Assembly: GCA_963758205.1 (NCBI GenBank)
Contig: CAVWUM010000002.1
Coordinates: 899,613 to 963,612, forward strand
Direction of reading: 5' to 3'
From: Schleiferiaceae bacterium
GTDB lineage: Bacteria > Bacteroidota > Bacteroidia > Flavobacteriales > Schleiferiaceae
DNA: 64,000 bases
Shown here: positions 59,400 to 64,000 of the stretch, piece by piece
Layout of the letters: each line of letters starts with the position of its first letter
Numbering within the stretch: the first letter of the stretch is position 1
Position numbers and translations under genes: made by a program
The notes under the pieces: generated by a model
What the model was told of the DNA's origin: nothing
Databases searched by the model: none
The model's input: only the letters and a program-made list of their open reading frames with translations

Positions 59400-60313
59400 C
59401 AGAAGTATCGTGGTGATTGAATTCTTTTTTCCTTAAAAATGAAATCGTAGGTAATGCCTATTTCATGCGAACCGGTATTGTAATTCTGCAGTTCGGTAAG
59501 CGTATAATCATAGGAGTAACCCACCTTAAGCTGTGGCGTAAAATTGTAATCCAGCAAAACACCAACTGATTCGCTCAACCTGTAATAGCCACCAAGCCAA
59601 AAGCGATCATCAAATATAAAAGTGGCCGTGGCATCAAATGATAGTGGCGAACCACCCACCATACGCGCCATTACCGTTGGCCTGAATTTTACCAGTGGCG
59701 ACATTTCCAAAACGATGCCTGAGTTTACAAAGAGGTGCCTTTTTTCGGATACGGCTCCATCCAGGCTACCATTATCATAAAGTTGATTTTTTATGATTTT
59801 GGGCATGGATACACCCAGGTAAAATTTATCAGTATAGTAATACACCCCCACCCCCACGTTAGGCATGGTTCGGTTTACGTTTTCACTAAAATTACCATCA
59901 CCGCTGTTGGCGAGTATAAGCTCAGTAAGGTTGGAGTTAAAAAAATTGGCCCCGATTTTTACACCACCTGCCAGGTAGCCTCGTTCGCTCACTTTTACCC
60001 TTCCGGATAAATCACCATAGATACCGGTTTGCCTTGTTGGGCCTACCCTATCATGTATAAGCGAAAGGCCAAAGCCAAGTTTCTCTGAAGCTAAGGGACC
60101 ATGCACGGCAATGGATTGGGTAGTTGGAGCACCTTCTATACCCACCCATTGGCTGCGGTGCAATAAATTAAATGTTAGCGCCTCGCGGCTGCCTGCATAG
60201 GCGGGGTTTACCGTAAGCATATTGCTTCGGTACTGGGTAAACAGCGGATCCTGCTGTGCCCAAAGGGCACTGCAAATCACACTGATGGTTAGAGTAGAGA
60301 GTAGTTTTTTCAT
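59399..60313 (-). CDS. sprF: PorP/SprF-family type IX secretion membrane protein (partner of the upstream type-B CTD adhesin)
   Basis: After a signal peptide the N-terminus reads QQDPLFTQYRSNMLTVNPAYAGS. It lies directly downstream of a gene ending in a type-B CTD, as sprF does with sprB. Confidence 0.8.
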   Translation of the reverse strand: MKKLLSTLTISVICSALWAQQDPLFTQYRSNMLTVNPAYAGSREALTFNLLHRSQWVGIEGAPTTQSIAVHGPLASEKLGFGLSLIHDRVGPTRQTGIYGDLSGRVKVSERGYLAGGVKIGANFFNSNLTELILANSGDGNFSENVNRTMPNVGVGVYYYTDKFYLGVSMPKIIKNQLYDNGSLDGAVSEKRHLFVNSGIVLEMSPLVKFRPTVMARMVGGSPLSFDATATFIFDDRFWLGGYYRLSESVGVLLDYNFTPQLKVGYSYDYTLTELQNYNTGSHEIGITYDFIFKEKRIQSPRYF

Positions 60314-63300
60314 CGTTTCAAGTAGATATAACCAGTGAGCGGTTTAGAGCCATCACCCAAATCCAGAATGTAGAAGTAGGTGCCGGCCGGCAAGTATTGA
60401 TCTCCGTTTATCACTCCGGATTCCGAAGCTTTACCGTCCCAGGTATTGTCATAAGGTTTTTTAGCGTAAACCTTATTCCCCCAGCGGTTAAAGATCATTA
60501 AGTTGTTTTCAGGATAATCAAATAGCTGCGGTATTACCAGGTAATCATTCAGCCCATCACCATCTGGCGAAATACCCTGCGGCACATACACCTCGCAGTT
60601 ATCAGGGTCCAGCCAGTCAGGTATCCCATCCCTGTCGCAGTCGTCATCAGTTTCAATTGTATCAGGTACGCCATCGCCATCCGAGTCAAGATCGCGGAAA
60701 TCAGGTATTCCATCGCCATCCGTATCACGTGGCCTGTCTGGTTCAGGTCCGCGCTCGTCTGTATCTGAGCGGCCGTCATTATCCGAATCCAGGTCGCGGA
60801 AATCGGGCCACCCGTCTCCATCGGTATCTACAGGGTTACTTTCAAGATAACCACCGTAATCAGAATCATAGGCATCATCGATACCATCACCATCGGCATC
60901 ATTACCTGTTGGTAATACAATTACAGTAGAGCGTTCCACATAATCCGGTATACCATCGTTATCCGAATCTATATCACGAAAGTCCGGTATACCATCGCCA
61001 TCAAAATCCATAACCGTTGGGAAACAAATATTGCGGATGGGTGATGCCTCGGTCATATCAAATATGCCATCGTTATCAGAGTCTACATCATTATAATCGT
61101 TTCTTAAATCGCCATCGGTATTTATGGTAAGGGTTTCAAAGCTATCCGAAAGACTATCCTGATCGGTATCTGCAGGCTGTACAAATATGTACACCCAGGC
61201 ACTGGCACAGCGCGTTGGAAAACCGTTATCACATATCTGGTATAGTAATGAATCAGGACCGCAATACGTAAGGTTGGCCCTGTATGCTACAGTTGTATCT
61301 CCGGACGTAGCCTGGCCGTGACGTGGCTGCGTAAGTACTGAAATGATTAACGAATCGCCTTCAGGGTCAAAGTCGTTCCAAAGCACCTGCACATCAAACA
61401 ACTGGTTGCTAAACACACCTATGGTATCATTAATGGCTACGGGCGGGTCGTTTTTAGGATCAACAAAAACATAAACCCAGGCCGTAGCACAAATTGGTGG
61501 TGTGGGTACACCTATATCACAAATCTGGTATTGCAGGCTATCAAAACCTATAAAACCATTGGCTGGTGTGTAAGTGAGCACACCGTTTAGGTACTGCACC
61601 ATTCCATTAACGGGAGACACAAGTACCTGAAATGAAGTTGTATCAAGGGTTGAATTATCAATACTATCTGAATCATTAATAAGCACAGAAATCTGCACCG
61701 GGGCATTAACCCCGGTACTGGCTGAATCATTTAAGGCTTCAGGCGCATCATTTACCGGAAGTATAGTAACGTAAAGCAGTAAGGTATCACAGCCATTGGG
61801 GTTGGCGTTATCGCATACTACCACCTCTACTGAATCAGCACCATTATAGTTAGGGTTAGCGGTGTAGGTAAAGCAGGTGTCAGCACCAGCCAAACCACTA
61901 ACCTGCCCATGGCCACCTAAAACGTTGGCATAATTTACTGATAGTGGTTCATCATCAGCATCAGTTGCACTGACGCAATATTTAAAAAACGAATCTTCAA
62001 AAATTACTATGCTATCGCGATCCATCGGGTTGCCCATTCCATCATCAATAATGGGGTTATCCTGCCCGGGTATTACCGTAATATATACTGTAGCTACATC
62101 GCATAATGGGTTAGGCGAGGTGGTATCGCATACTTCATACACCAGCGTATCAAAGCCATTATAATTACTGAATGGCGCGTAGGCCAGGGTTCCGTTGGTG
62201 ATGGTAACGAAGCCATGTTTTACATTGCTGATAATGCTGTAGGTAAGTGGGTCATAATTGGGGTCAAAATCATTAGCCCCGATATGATGCGTTAAAGGCA
62301 CATCCTCAAAGGTGGAAACGGTATCATTGCCGGCAACCGGGGGCAGGTTATTTTTAGGAAAAACAATTACGTAGTGCCCAATGGAACATAAAACGGGCAT
62401 ACCTGTATCGCATACGCTATAGGTTACCGTATCCACACCATAAGGATACAGCGCGTTAGAGATATACCTGATGCTATCGCCTACTACTTTGGCAGTTCCA
62501 TATTTTGGGCCATTAACTATGGTGAATGAAAGTGTTTTGCTTTCAATGTCATAGTCGTTTTTCATTACCAGCTTGGCAACAGAATCTCCGGGGTTTACGG
62601 CACTCACATCAATAATAGCCGCAGGAGGATCATTAACCGGAAGTACATTAATAATAATGGTAGCGGTATCGCAGCCTGAAGGCAAACCATCATCACAAAA
62701 CACAAGTGTTAAGGTATCCGCACCATTAAAATCGGGATTGGGGTAATACGTGAAACAACTGTCACCAGAATTAATGTAGCTGGTATAGCCCGAAGCCGGA
62801 GGGTTCAGCACAAGGCTTATATCCCCGGTGTCAAATTCAATATCATTTACATTGAGGCATACCACCAGGCTGTCATCCTCATTTACCGTAAGGGTTGCAA
62901 TGGTATCATTTACAGAAGGTACTCCGTTACCGGATAGTATTACTGGCGGATCATTTACCGGTAATACATTAATAGGTATAAAAACGGTGTCACACCCGGC
63001 AGGGGTTTGGTTATCACATACTTCAATAATCAGTGTATCGGGGCCGAAATAATTAGCGGTGGGAATATAATTGAAGCATGAGTCGCCATCAAAAATATTA
63101 GCCAAAGTACCATGCTGTGGCCCTTCTGAATACTCCGGTAATAGTAACGGTATCGTTATCATACTCCACCCAACCGAGGCAAATATTCAAGGTGTTATCT
63201 TCCAACACATTAAGCACGGCAGAGGAGTCATTTACTACCGGAAGCCCATTCACGGTTACTACATCAGGCTCAAGGTTGGCATCATATACTGTAATATAAA

Positions 63301-64000
63301 TATAGGCCGTATCACATCTTGGTACCGAGAAGGTATCGCACACCTCATAGCAAATACGGTCAACTCCTTTAAACCCAAGATTTGGAGTATAGGTAAAAGT
63401 ACTGGTGAGTGTATCAAATACCACAGTACCATTGGCAGGGCCTCCTTTTATAGAAAGTGAAAAAGGGTTTAACTCATTTAATACGGCAACATCATTTATC
63501 AGGGGGTTTATGTTAACCGATTTGCCTTCGTTTACCGAAGCGGAATCATCAACCGATTCTGGCGGACAAAACTCAAACCGTATGTTGGTAAACTGAAGCC
63601 TTTGCTCAAAGGCAGCACTCCAGGTATTTATAAACCTTTCATTACCATAATTATTGATGTAATCGCGGCAAGGCAATGTGGTACAACCGGTAAGGTTTAC
63701 ATTGCTCGAAAACCTTGAATCATCCCAATACAAAGGCAAAACAGTTTTTTGTGAAGGCCCGCGGTACCTTGAAAAGATATACCCATTGGGGTGATGCTCA
63801 GCATCATATATCGGGATATGTATGAGCCCCGCCTGGTAGTGCATATCAACAGCAATATTGGCGCTACGGGCGGTATCGCCCAGGCCATCAAGGCCATCCC
63901 ATGGTATGCAGTTGGCCCCTTGAAAAACCCTGCTGAAAAGTATCCTGTCTTTCCCGCCAGATTGGTATCCGGCTACAGTATCCATATCTAAAATAACAGA
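60310..64000 (-). pseudogene. Giant SprB-like cell-surface adhesin, 5' end outside the window: tandem repeats of about 95 aa with paired Cys and VNDPP motifs, thrombospondin-type-3 Ca-binding repeats, and a T9SS type-B C-terminal domain. The frame is broken near 63140-63160
   Basis: The C-terminus IFNRWGNKVYAKKP...GTYFYILDLGDGSKPLTGYIYLKR matches the gliding-motility-associated CTD. DxDxDG repeats precede it. ORF 63098..63985 continues into ORF 60310..63162 only after a -1 shift (…DNDTVTIT / LLPEYSEGPQ…). Confidence 0.65.

Noticed and set aside
60549-60929. His-rich 90-aa ORFs on both strands within the adhesin
   Set aside because: They arise from alternative frames of the GAT/GAC-rich thrombospondin-type-3 repeat region and are not a separate metal-binding protein.
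1-64000. CRISPR arrays, rRNA genes, IS elements/transposases, integrases
   Set aside because: No regularly spaced direct repeats with unique spacers were found, nor rRNA-like conserved stretches, nor DDE or tyrosine-recombinase motifs, in any of the six frames inspected.

Overview
This is a chromosomal segment of a Bacteroidetes genome, probably a Flavobacteriia- or Cytophagia-like gliding organism (roughly 45% GC). Housekeeping genes are interleaved with an unusually dense set of type IX secretion (T9SS) and gliding-motility genes. On the minus strand the order is porU, porV, cdd, pdhA, a 2-oxoacid dehydrogenase E2 and the start of an SDR oxidoreductase; a PorP/SprF-family gene, gldJ and murF follow on the plus strand. 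Further genes are an acyl-CoA dehydrogenase, anmK, an amino-acid dehydrogenase, an NhaD antiporter, exbB, exbD, tonB, folC, a VapBC toxin-antitoxin pair, several secreted proteins with T9SS C-terminal domains (CTDs), and a sterol-desaturase-like gene. Two loci look like candidate phage-defence or conflict systems. The first is a three-gene minus-strand operon: an XRE-HTH/S24-peptidase-like regulator, a single-HKD PLD nuclease, and an Upf1/DNA2-like SF1 helicase with a C-terminal restriction-endonuclease-like domain; the pair resembles Mokosh. The second is a TIR-domain protein translationally coupled to a 1,662-aa protein whose C-terminus is a MoxR/AAA_5-type ATPase; it sits directly after kptA (NAD-dependent RNA 2'-phosphotransferase) and a ybjN-pspA-nfeD-flotillin membrane-stress operon. 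Other features are two tRNA-Val genes (anticodons GAC and TAC), an S9 peptidase, a BI-1/YccA protein, and a tandemly duplicated mosaic cassette of a lipoprotein plus a T9SS substrate. The window ends with a PorE-like OmpA protein, a PorP/SprF gene, and a giant SprB-like adhesin that runs off the window edge. Many genes carry single-base frameshifts or a nonsense codon: pspA twice, the TIR gene, both cassette lipoproteins, the adhesin, and possibly a large secreted protein. This means either real pseudogenisation or phase variation, or an error-prone assembly. No CRISPR array, rRNA, transposase or integrase was found.
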